Source of the DNA: Candidatus Stramentimicrobium fermentans
GTDB taxonomy: Bacteria > Atribacterota > Phoenicimicrobiia > Phoenicimicrobiales > Stramentimicrobiaceae
Reading direction: 5' to 3'
Assembly: GCA_012520575.1 (NCBI GenBank)
Contig: JAAYOB010000005.1
Location: 10,171-74,170 of the forward strand
DNA length: 64,000 bases
Shown piece after piece: positions 40,346 through 48,452 of this stretch. Positions within the stretch are counted from its first letter, which is position 1. The number at the start of each line of letters is the position of its first letter. Under the pieces are notes generated by a model. That model did not search any database and was not told where the DNA came from. It worked only from the letters and a program-made list of their open reading frames with translations. The translations under genes and the position numbers were made by a program.

Positions 40346-42073
40346 ATGACGCGCTCCCTAAAAGAAAAAGGAATAACCGGTGAATTTTTACTAAATTTAT
40401 TGGTCAGTAAAAAAATTATCACCAGCAAAGAGGCTGAAGAGATTTGCCGTAAACAAGGAGAAAACGGTTTACCCGTACAGAGAATAGTCCTGGATTCGGG
40501 CATTCTAAACAAAATAGAGATGATGCAATTACTCTCCTGCGAAATTGGTATTCCGTATTTAGATTTAGAGGGCAGGACCTTTGACCCTTCTATATTGGCA
40601 CTGGTCTCTGAAGAGCTTTCCCGTAAACATAATCTGGCTACCATCGATAAAAAGAACGGCAAACTTGTGGTAGCTATGGCTAACCCTTTAGATGTCTTCG
40701 CACATGATGAGATTAGAATCCTGACCGGCTTTGATGTGGAACCCTATTTGGCTTGCAGAGAGGATATCAACAAGGTTTTAGATTCAGTCTATGGAATTAC
40801 CGAAAGTTGGCAGCAGATGATAGGGGAGATATCGTCGCTTCCCATAGCGGCGGTAGAAGATGAAGTCGAAGATATGGAGATTACCAAAGGTATTTCAGAA
40901 AGTCACGAAGCCCCTGTTATTGCCCTGGTGAACCTTATTTTGCTTCGTGCCATTAAGGAAAGTGCCAGTGATATCCACATAGAACCGTTCGGCGATAAAT
41001 CATTAAGGGTGAGATATCGCATTGACGGAATACTGCACGATATTATGTCTCCTCCCCGCAGTTTGCATATGGCAATTATTTCGCGTGTAAAAATTATGTC
41101 CCACCTCAATATAGCCGAGAGACGTCTGCCGCAGGATGGCCGAATCAAAGTACAGGTACATGGCCGTGAAATCAATTTTCGGGTGTCCACCATTCCTGCT
41201 GTAAACGGAGAGAGTGCGGTATTAAGAATATTAGACCCGGCTCAAATCAGATTAGATTTAAAGACACTCGGCTTTTCCAAAGATAATTTTATTAAATTCC
41301 AAGAACTCATTACCAGGCCAAATGGTATTATTCTGGTTACCGGTCCTACCGGCAGCGGCAAGTCTACCACTTTATATGCCGTTTTAAATACCTTGAATTC
41401 TCTTGAAAAAAAGATAATGACCATAGAAGATCCGGTAGAATACCGCTTAGACGGGATAAATCAATTACAGGCAAAACCAAAAATAGGTTTGACATTTGCT
41501 GCCGGTTTGCGTAGTTTTCTGCGTCAGGACCCCGATATAATGTTAGTGGGAGAGATACGGGATAAAGAAACTGCTGAGATTGCTATTCAATCGGCGCTGA
41601 CCGGGCATTTAGTTTTAAGCACCCTGCATACCAATGATGCTCCCAGTTCTGTTATCAGATTGGTGGATATGGGCATTGAACCGTTTTTGATATCTTCTTC
41701 TGTGATAGGGATACTGGCACAGCGCCTGGTGCGTAAAATTTGCTCTTATTGTAAAAAAGAAGTGCCCATAACCAATGAAATAAAGAATATTTTAGGAGAA
41801 TGCCATTCAGATTCAGAGAATATTAAAATATTCCATGGTGAAGGATGCAGCCATTGTAAAAATACCGGATATAAAGGAAGAACTGCCATTTTTGAATTTA
41901 TGATAGTGAATGATTGTATTCGAGAATTAATCTATAGGAATGCCCCTCTTTCTGAAATTAGGGAGGCTGCCATTAAAGTAAATGGCATGCTTACTTTAAA
42001 AGAAGATGGTTTACAGAAAGTTATAGAAGGATTAACTACAATGGAAGAAGTAATGCGCGCCGCTTCCGCCTGA
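40346..42073 (+). CDS. pilB: GspE/PilB-family assembly ATPase, second paralogue (degenerate N-terminal motif)
   Basis: Walker A GPTGSGKST, LVGEIRD, TLHTND, CSYC...CSHC zinc module. First gene of the contiguous pilus locus, followed by pilC. Confidence 0.85.
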   Translation: MTRSLKEKGITGEFLLNLLVSKKIITSKEAEEICRKQGENGLPVQRIVLDSGILNKIEMMQLLSCEIGIPYLDLEGRTFDPSILALVSEELSRKHNLATIDKKNGKLVVAMANPLDVFAHDEIRILTGFDVEPYLACREDINKVLDSVYGITESWQQMIGEISSLPIAAVEDEVEDMEITKGISESHEAPVIALVNLILLRAIKESASDIHIEPFGDKSLRVRYRIDGILHDIMSPPRSLHMAIISRVKIMSHLNIAERRLPQDGRIKVQVHGREINFRVSTIPAVNGESAVLRILDPAQIRLDLKTLGFSKDNFIKFQELITRPNGIILVTGPTGSGKSTTLYAVLNTLNSLEKKIMTIEDPVEYRLDGINQLQAKPKIGLTFAAGLRSFLRQDPDIMLVGEIRDKETAEIAIQSALTGHLVLSTLHTNDAPSSVIRLVDMGIEPFLISSSVIGILAQRLVRKICSYCKKEVPITNEIKNILGECHSDSENIKIFHGEGCSHCKNTGYKGRTAIFEFMIVNDCIRELIYRNAPLSEIREAAIKVNGMLTLKEDGLQKVIEGLTTMEEVMRAASA

Positions 42074-42389
42074 TTGTGCCGGAATATATGCGGGAATAGG
42101 TTTACAATTTTCGTTCATAATTTTAAGTCTTGTAAATCACAGCGGCTCTCGTCTTTGCATCTATCAGCAGGGGCGGCTTTTGAATTAGAATATCAAATAT
42201 TTTTATCCAAAGACCTGGGTTTTATATCGCAAAGCATGAATATAAATTGACAAATGAAAAAATAAAAAAAATCATACGCATACTGCTCAACTAATCATTT
42301 TGCTAAAAATTATAAAAATTATTTTATTTATAATATTATTATTCTCTAACAAATGACGACTTTTTAAGTTCCGGAGGTAAAATTTTAGA

Positions 42390-43598
42390 ATGCCATCATA
42401 TTCTTTTAAAGCTCGGGACAGTTCCGGGCGGCTTTTGTCCGGCAGTATGGAAGCAAACAGCCGGGAAGCAGCTATCGAACGGCTGCATGAAATGAGATAT
42501 TTCATTGTTTCCGTGGAAGAAAAACGCAAAAGTTTGCTCTCTACCGAAATAACCATTTTCAAAACTATCACAATTCGGGATTTGGCCATCTTCTTCCGCC
42601 AATTTGCTACCATGGTTAAAGCCGGCTTATCACTGATTAGCTGTCTGGATATATTATCAAAACAGACTGAAAATAAGCTGTTGGCTAAAAAAGTAGATGA
42701 TATCAAAAAAAGTGTGGAAGGCGGTTCCACACTTGCCGAAGCCTTTGGCAACCACCCGGAAACTTTTTCTAAATTATATCTGAATATGATTAAAGCCGGA
42801 GAGGTCGGCGGAGTGCTCGATGATGTTCTGAATAGGATGGCTACCTTAATGGAAAAGGAATATGAGCTGCGGCAGAAAATAAAATCTGCTATGACTTATC
42901 CTTTATTTATCTTCGGTGCTGCGATGATAATGGCAGTATTCATGCTGACCTTTATCTTACCCCAATTTGTGGGAGTATTCCAATCCTTTGGGGGAGAGCT
43001 TCCTTTTCTGACTAAAATATTAGTATTTGTCACAATGGTTTTTAACCGTTTCTGGTATATTTTCCTGGCAGCTTTTGTTCTCCTTGTTTTTGCCTACATC
43101 GGTTATAGCCGTACCCAACATGGGCATAGAAATATTGACCGCATAAAATTAAAATTACCGATTTTCGGTAATCTGTTCCTTAAAACATCCATCACTCGTT
43201 TTGCCAGGACTCTGGGCACTTTAATCCAAAACGGTGTTCCCATTATTCAATCTTTGAAAATTTCCGCCGAATCTATCGGCAACGATATCCTTGCTGAAGC
43301 GGTAATGGAAGCATCTGACCGCATCAAAGAAGGTCAGAGCATCTCCGCACCGCTGGAAGAAAGCAAAGTATTTCCGCCCATGGTAACTCAGATGATATTA
43401 GTAGGGGAGGAGAGCGGAGGGTTAGAAACAATGCTCTTCAATGTTGCTAACTTTTATGATCAGGAAGTGGAAAGGGCCATAGAGCAGCTGACTTCTGTAA
43501 TTGAACCGATGATGATGATAGTGGTAGCCCTGGTAGTGGGTGTAATGGTTATCGCTATGTATCTGCCTATTTTCAGTATGGTGCAGCTGATACAATAA
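42390..43598 (+). CDS. pilC: Type IV pilus platform protein PilC (GspF family)
   Basis: 402 aa with two GspF repeats (GLSLISCLDIL..., GVPIIQSLKIS...) and three TM segments. Confidence 0.9.
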   Translation: MPSYSFKARDSSGRLLSGSMEANSREAAIERLHEMRYFIVSVEEKRKSLLSTEITIFKTITIRDLAIFFRQFATMVKAGLSLISCLDILSKQTENKLLAKKVDDIKKSVEGGSTLAEAFGNHPETFSKLYLNMIKAGEVGGVLDDVLNRMATLMEKEYELRQKIKSAMTYPLFIFGAAMIMAVFMLTFILPQFVGVFQSFGGELPFLTKILVFVTMVFNRFWYIFLAAFVLLVFAYIGYSRTQHGHRNIDRIKLKLPIFGNLFLKTSITRFARTLGTLIQNGVPIIQSLKISAESIGNDILAEAVMEASDRIKEGQSISAPLEESKVFPPMVTQMILVGEESGGLETMLFNVANFYDQEVERAIEQLTSVIEPMMMIVVALVVGVMVIAMYLPIFSMVQLIQ

Positions 43599-43624
43599 AA
43601 AAGATAAAATGAGGTGTTAGTATT

Positions 43625-44155
43625 TTGGCGGCAGCAGAAATCGAAAGTAATAATTTCCAACCGAACTGTAACAGCAATAAGATTGAAGAAAATTTAGCTT
43701 TTTTAAAAGAAGTAGTGCAGGAGTTTCAAAATTCCGGAGAGCCGGAAGAAGAACTTATGCAGGTAGGTTATATTGGACTATTAAACGCGGTTAACTTATA
43801 TCAGGAACATCAGCAGGATACTTTCCAACAATATGCCGGTAATTTAATTCGGGGAGAGATTCGTAACCATATCAGAGAAAAGAATAAGAAAGTAGATATA
43901 CCGGATTGGTTATCGGTAATAATAAATAAATTGTTGAATCAGATGCTTACTGCCTATCGGAAACAGTATAATAAATTTCCCAGTTTAGCGGAACTCTCTC
44001 AAATGCTCGAACTTTCACCGGAAATATTAAAAGAGGCCTTAAAGGCACGCAAGGCGGCAGTGGAGGTTTCTATCGACCAGCACAGAAGAAGCACTATTGA
44101 CTTACAGGAGCCTCTTGATATAGTTAAAATCAGAAAAGAAATCAATAAAAGGTAA
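43625..44155 (+). CDS. Truncated sigma-70 family paralogue: regions 2 and 3 only, no region 4
   Basis: VGYIGLLNAVNLYQ...FQQYAGNLIRGEIRNHIRE (regions 2.1-2.4) and VDIPDWL...FPSLAELSQMLELSPEILKEAL (region 3) align with the next ORF, but it ends at 176 aa without the region 4.2 HTH. TTG start after GAGGTG. The stop is 1 nt from the next ATG. Confidence 0.6.
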   Translation: MAAAEIESNNFQPNCNSNKIEENLAFLKEVVQEFQNSGEPEEELMQVGYIGLLNAVNLYQEHQQDTFQQYAGNLIRGEIRNHIREKNKKVDIPDWLSVIINKLLNQMLTAYRKQYNKFPSLAELSQMLELSPEILKEALKARKAAVEVSIDQHRRSTIDLQEPLDIVKIRKEINKR

Positions 44156-44156
44156 C

Positions 44157-44870
44157 ATGGAAAGTAACGATAGCATCGATTATTCGAATAGATTCAATGA
44201 TGAAATTGTCAGCAAATATCAGCCCCTGGTCAGGTCAATTGCCAGAAAGTATTATAATTCAGGGGAACAGGTTGAAGATTTAGAGCAGATCGGTTATCTG
44301 GGATTACTTAATGCCCTGCAGCTCTTTAATGAAAAAAAAGGCGTTAAATTCACTACCTATGCCACTTGGCTGATTAACGGGGAAATTCGCCATTATTTAA
44401 GGGATAAGCATGCCGTTGTCAAAATCCCTTCCTGGATCAGACAGCTTAATAGAAAAATCGACCAATATGTTGAAAAATACTATAGTGAACACAAAGAGTT
44501 CCCTTCTATGGAACAGATTGCCGATGTATTGAATATAACGGAAGAAGGTGTTCAGGAAATTTTAAAAGGCAGGAAATCAGTGCAGGTGGTTTCTTTAGAT
44601 AAAAGTATCAGGGAGGATGATATTGACGCTATCCCTTTGATAGAAAACATAAAAAGCAAAGAATACCGTTCTTTCCAATTACCCATAGAAGATACCATAC
44701 ATTTAAAGAATACCATAAGTAAGCTTAAAAAGATTCACAGGCAGGTAATTTATTACCTGTTCTATATGGACTTAAGCCAGACCAGGGTTGCTAAAATGTT
44801 AGGAATAACGCAAAGGCAGGTATCTCGTATCAAAATGGAAGCTTTAGAAGAATTGCGAAAAAATATTTAA
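44157..44870 (+). CDS. Group 3 sigma factor, SigB/SigF/SigG-like
   Basis: IGYLGLLNALQLFN...KFTTYATWLINGEIRHYLRDK (region 2, GEI-R-x-LRD signature), region 3 HTH FPSMEQIADVLNITEEGV, region 4.2 LSQTRVAKMLGITQRQVSRIKMEAL. Confidence 0.8.
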   Translation: MESNDSIDYSNRFNDEIVSKYQPLVRSIARKYYNSGEQVEDLEQIGYLGLLNALQLFNEKKGVKFTTYATWLINGEIRHYLRDKHAVVKIPSWIRQLNRKIDQYVEKYYSEHKEFPSMEQIADVLNITEEGVQEILKGRKSVQVVSLDKSIREDDIDAIPLIENIKSKEYRSFQLPIEDTIHLKNTISKLKKIHRQVIYYLFYMDLSQTRVAKMLGITQRQVSRIKMEALEELRKNI

Positions 44871-44899
44871 TCAATACCAATAGAAAGGAGCAATAAGCC

Positions 44900-45361
44900 A
44901 TGTTGGGAAAAAAGATAGTAGCCAGATATAAAGACGGGAGCATTCAGAAAGGGTATACCAGCAATTTCAATCCGGACAAAGATTTTTTTCACCTTTCTTT
45001 GATTGATGAAGCAACTGAATTACCTACCGGAGAGATTGTTGAGGTCAATGTCAGTATTCTCAAGGCGGTCTTTTTTGTCAAGTCTTTTAAAGGGGACAAG
45101 GAATATATCAAAGTCAGAACCTTCGATAAATCCCCTGCAGGTCCTCCCAGTCAGCGCAGGATTATATTGATCTTTAAAGATGGAGAAAATTTTTACGGCA
45201 GCACGCTCAGTTATTCCCCCAGGCGCAGCGGTTTTTTTGTTTTCCCCATTGATAATCAGGACAATAGTGAGAGCGTCTTTGTGCCCCAGGGTGCTCTGGA
45301 AAAAGTGCATATTAAAAAATTCGGCAGTGAAGAGTTTGATATCTATCTTTATGAAAACTAA
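44900..45361 (+). CDS. Hypothetical 153-aa protein made of two tandem ~75-aa repeats
   Basis: AAAGGAG RBS. Repeat 1 is IVARYKDGSIQKGYTSNFNPDKDFFHL...VNVSILKAVFFVKSF; repeat 2 is IILIFKDGENFYGSTLSYSPRRSGFFVFP...VFVPQGALEKVHIKKF. No family recognised. Confidence 0.5.
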   Translation: MLGKKIVARYKDGSIQKGYTSNFNPDKDFFHLSLIDEATELPTGEIVEVNVSILKAVFFVKSFKGDKEYIKVRTFDKSPAGPPSQRRIILIFKDGENFYGSTLSYSPRRSGFFVFPIDNQDNSESVFVPQGALEKVHIKKFGSEEFDIYLYEN

Positions 45362-45452
45362 AAATCTAGACACAGCCAAATAAGGTTATCAGTTTTCGGT
45401 AAAAAGCGGGGTATATCCGAATACTGCCCGCTTAATCTGTTAGCATTTTTGT

Positions 45453-45575
45453 ATCTTTTTTCCTGCCATTACCAATAACGAAACGCCGTGGCAAGCTCAT
45501 ACTCTGTTCCCCGACTCCTTGCCTTTTCGCTAAAACTTTTTTCCGCGCTTATTCCGCAATTTTTATCTGAAAATA
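45453..45575 (+). repeat. Intergenic repeat family, copy 4 (upstream of pilin 1)
   Basis: TCTTTTTTCCTGCCATTACC...CTCATACTCTGTT...TTTTATCTGAAAA parallels copy 2 CTCTTTCTCCGGTCATTACC...CTCATATTCTGTT...TTTAGTCTGAAGG. Confidence 0.5.
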
Positions 45576-45616
45576 TTTCCTGTTTTAGGTCTAAAATTCT
45601 GAAAATAGGGAATAAT
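45569..45616 (+). promoter_or_regulatory. SigB-like promoter motif P1 with upstream GAAA-N3-TTTC palindrome (pilin 1)
   Basis: GAAAATATTTC (45569-79), 9 nt, GTCTAA (45589-94), 13 nt, GGGAAT (45608-13), then AATATAATATAG. Same architecture as P2 and P3. Confidence 0.55.
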
Positions 45617-45685
45617 ATAATATAGAAGTAAAAACCATAAATCATCATAAAAACAATAAAGTATTCAGACTTTTAGCAAAGCAAT

Positions 45686-46159
45686 ATGAGAAATATAACT
45701 GTTAAAAAAGAAGATAAAACCGAAAATAAGGTGGGGTTCACCTTAATAGAATTGATGGTTGTTGTTGCCATAATAGGCATACTCTCTTTATTTGGATTGA
45801 GAGTCTATGCCGGTTTTCAGTACAAAGCCAAAGATGCCCTGTTAAAAGGTAATGTTTCTACCATTCATACCCATATACAAACGGAATTGTCAGACGATAA
45901 GAAGAGCGCCACGGAAGTCTGGACCAATATAGACGACATATTCCTTGCCTCCGGCATCTATTTTCCGGCAGCAGGCAATCCCCAGCAGGGCAATATTGAG
46001 GGGATATCGACAGCCGAGCCGGCATCATTAACCGGTTTAGGCGGAAAGGTCTTTGTCTTTGTAGACAGCACTGCCGCTCCTACCAGGTTTTATGTCAATG
46101 GCGTTAATGCGGAGGAGACCGGTTTTGTCTTCCCGGAATCCTTAATTGCCCAAAAATAA
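45686..46159 (+). CDS. Type IV pilin (prepilin-type N-terminal cleavage/methylation domain), paralogue 1
   Basis: Class III signal ...NKVG|FTLIELMVVVAIIGIL with Glu5. 157 aa. No obvious SD sequence. Confidence 0.85.
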   Translation: MRNITVKKEDKTENKVGFTLIELMVVVAIIGILSLFGLRVYAGFQYKAKDALLKGNVSTIHTHIQTELSDDKKSATEVWTNIDDIFLASGIYFPAAGNPQQGNIEGISTAEPASLTGLGGKVFVFVDSTAAPTRFYVNGVNAEETGFVFPESLIAQK

Positions 46160-46167
46160 AAATATTT

Positions 46168-46215
46168 GAAAATATTTCTATCTTTATGTCTAAAAAAGAT
46201 ATTATGTGGAATAAC
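46168..46215 (+). promoter_or_regulatory. SigB-like promoter motif P2 (pilin 2)
   Basis: GAAAATATTTC (46168-78), 9 nt, GTCTAA (46188-93), 13 nt, TGGAAT (46207-12), then AACATATAATAG. Confidence 0.55.
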
Positions 46216-46290
46216 ATATAATAGATACCTTAAAAGAGGAAAGAAGTACGGAAAACTATATTTATAATAAAAAAGGAGAATTTTAAAAAA

Positions 46291-46719
46291 ATGTTCATGT
46301 ACTTACACAAAAACAAAAAAGGTTTTACCTTAATCGAACTGATGGTCGTAGTTGCCATTATCGGCATCCTGGCGCTGCTGGGCTTGCGTCTCTACGCCGG
46401 GCAGCAGGAAAAAGCCAAGAATGCCATTGTTAAAGCCAATGCCGGTACCATACAAACCCTGATTCAGGCCGAATTAGCTGACGCTGCTGTTGCCGACATT
46501 GATTTAGACGAAATTTTTGGTGCCGCTGGTATATACAATCCTTATACAGGTGAGGCTCAAACAGTAAGCGGTAGCGATGAAGGAGAGGTTGGGGCTAGTT
46601 TAGGTGCATACGTTAATGACGCTAGCGGTGCAGGTGCAGAAGATAACGTTTTCTATATAAATGGTTATGGTTCTGATGGAGATTTTGTATATGGCAGAGA
46701 TTTAGAAGCGCGAAAATAA
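46291..46719 (+). CDS. Type IV pilin, paralogue 2 (likely major pilin)
   Basis: Short leader MFMYLHKNKKG|FTLIELMVVVAIIGIL, strong AAAGGAG RBS, G/A/D-rich C-terminal half, strong terminator downstream. Confidence 0.88.
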   Translation: MFMYLHKNKKGFTLIELMVVVAIIGILALLGLRLYAGQQEKAKNAIVKANAGTIQTLIQAELADAAVADIDLDEIFGAAGIYNPYTGEAQTVSGSDEGEVGASLGAYVNDASGAGAEDNVFYINGYGSDGDFVYGRDLEARK

Positions 46720-46777
46720 GCTAATTAGCTGTCAACCATCAGCCGGGGGACGTTCTCCGGCAAAGAATTTTTCAATC

Positions 46778-46812
46778 AAGAGCCAGTCTTTTAAGACTGG
46801 CTCTTCTTCTTT
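46778..46812 (+). terminator. Rho-independent terminator after pilin 2
   Basis: AAGAGCCAGTCTT / AAGACTGGCTCTT 13-bp stem, followed by a CTTCTTTT pyrimidine tract. Confidence 0.75.
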
Positions 46813-46825
46813 TCCTGCCTTTCCC

Positions 46826-46900
46826 GGCACTCTTCTTTCTTCCGTCACCGCGATGCGGCATTATTGCCTGTAATTAGCTCTAACCGAAGACAGAAAGTCA
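46826..46900 (+). repeat. Intergenic repeat family, partial copy 5
   Basis: CTTCTTTCTTCCGTCACCGCGATGCGGCATT...TAACCGAAGAC resembles the CTCTTTCTCCGGTCATTACC...TAACCGATAAAC blocks. Weaker match. Confidence 0.35.
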
Positions 46901-47009
46901 ACAAAAGTATTTCTATGGTCTATGCTTTCGCTCCCATATGTTTTTATTGTCTTTTTCAATCCGTAATGCTATTATCTTAATAGATTAAACGGTTTAGGAG
47001 GGGATAAGA

Positions 47010-47408
47010 ATGAGAATAAACAATCAGAAGGGCATTACCGTTCTTTCCTTGCTCATACTGGTGCTTATTGTCGGAGGGGGAATTCTCTATGGGCCCAAAC
47101 TTTTTAACCATGTGATCGACCGGAATATAAAAAGATTGGTTACGGCCAATGCCAAATCCGTAGAGACGGAGATACGCTCCGAATTAATCAATAGACATCC
47201 CATTCAAATCTGGAATGATATGGATAAACTCATCAATGCTTTGAATTTTCAAAACCCGGTGCTTTCGGAAAGGCAGACTAAAAATGGCTGGGACCGCCCG
47301 GGTGATGTGGTAGTCTCCTTTGACGGTATCAATACTTTCCGCCTGGACGGCATAGGGCGCGACGGTTCTTCCTTCGGCCTCAATATCATAATACAAAGAT
47401 CAAAATAA
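47010..47408 (+). CDS. Pilin-like protein with degenerate class III signal (no Phe1/Glu5)
   Basis: NQKG|ITVLSLLILVLIVGG hydrophobic N-terminus. Downstream NAKSVETEIRSEL parallels NVSTIHTHIQTEL / NAGTIQTLIQAEL of the two pilins. GGAGGGG RBS. Confidence 0.55.
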   Translation: MRINNQKGITVLSLLILVLIVGGGILYGPKLFNHVIDRNIKRLVTANAKSVETEIRSELINRHPIQIWNDMDKLINALNFQNPVLSERQTKNGWDRPGDVVVSFDGINTFRLDGIGRDGSSFGLNIIIQRSK

Positions 47409-47442
47409 AACAAAAAGGATAGTTATCTAATCAGATAACATA

Positions 47443-48216
47443 ATGGTACAAATGACACAAATATTTACTACAATCATTATATTCATTATCGGTCTGGTAA
47501 TCGGCAGCTTCAGCAATGTCTGCATTTACCGCCTACCCCGCAACGAATCAATCGTATTTCCCGGTTCCCATTGTCCCCGGTGCAGCTATCCCATTGAATG
47601 GCACGACAATATCCCGCTCATCAGCTATATCATCTTAAAGGGGAAATGCCGTTCCTGCGCTGAAAAAATATCCCTGCAATACCCTTTGGTAGAGTTTTTA
47701 ACCGCCTCACTTTATCTGTTTTTATTCTATTTCTATGGATTGCAATTACGCACCGTTGTTTATATGGTATTCTGTTCCGCTTTAGTAATAATCGCTTTCA
47801 TCGATTTGAAAGAAAAGATTATTCCCGATGTTATCTCTCTTCCCTTAACCGCCCTCGGCTTTCTATCGAGTTTTGTCTTAAAAAACATCTCACCTTTAAA
47901 CTCTCTGCTCGGCATTCTGGCGGGAGGGGGAAGCTTGTATTTAATAGCTATAGCCGGCACCTATATATTCAGGAAAGAAGCCATGGGCGGAGGGGATATC
48001 AAATTATCCGCCATGGTCGGTGCTTTTTTAGGATGGCAGCTCGCCCTGCTTTCGCTCTTTATAGGATTCTTGCTGGGCTCTGTAATCGGTATAATTGTTC
48101 TGATGAAAACGAAAGGAGAAATCAGGGATGTTCCCTTTGGACCATTCATTGCCTTAGGTACCCTGATTGCTCTCTTCTTTGGTCAAGGCATACTCGATTG
48201 GTATTTTCTGCTTTGA
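47443..48216 (+). CDS. pilD: Prepilin peptidase (A24 family) PilD
   Basis: N-terminal CPRC...CRSC zinc module, polytopic membrane protein, catalytic-Asp block GGGDIKL. Confidence 0.9.
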   Translation: MVQMTQIFTTIIIFIIGLVIGSFSNVCIYRLPRNESIVFPGSHCPRCSYPIEWHDNIPLISYIILKGKCRSCAEKISLQYPLVEFLTASLYLFLFYFYGLQLRTVVYMVFCSALVIIAFIDLKEKIIPDVISLPLTALGFLSSFVLKNISPLNSLLGILAGGGSLYLIAIAGTYIFRKEAMGGGDIKLSAMVGAFLGWQLALLSLFIGFLLGSVIGIIVLMKTKGEIRDVPFGPFIALGTLIALFFGQGILDWYFLL

Positions 48217-48452
48217 CTTGTTTTCTTAGCTCCATTTAAACAAAATGTAAAGAAAATCTTCTAACAAATCAATATCAATGTATCAGATCAGCTTAAATGA
48301 AAACCAAATTCGGCACGGCATAATTTAGAAGCAGAAGAATTTCTTAAGATAGAATAAAAAGTATCTCATAATCTAATAAGAGCAATTCACTATTTTAAAA
48401 CCTTCCTAATATTAAAAAAAATTATTTCCAATCATTATATTGTATCTGTTTT

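Noticed and set aside
42074-42389. 317-nt spacer between pilB2 and pilC, checked for the SigB-like motif, repeat family copies or an RNA structure
   Set aside because: Only a weak TTGACA-type -35 and no convincing hairpin or repeat blocks. Nothing supportable.
42287-42751. 154-aa minus-strand ORF overlapping the pilC start
   Set aside because: Antisense to the well-supported pilC frame and AT-rich spacer, with no recognisable domain.
45020-45383. 119-aa minus and 67-aa plus alternative-frame ORFs over the 153-aa repeat protein gene
   Set aside because: The + frame at 44900 has the RBS and the internal repeat structure. The others are frame shadows.
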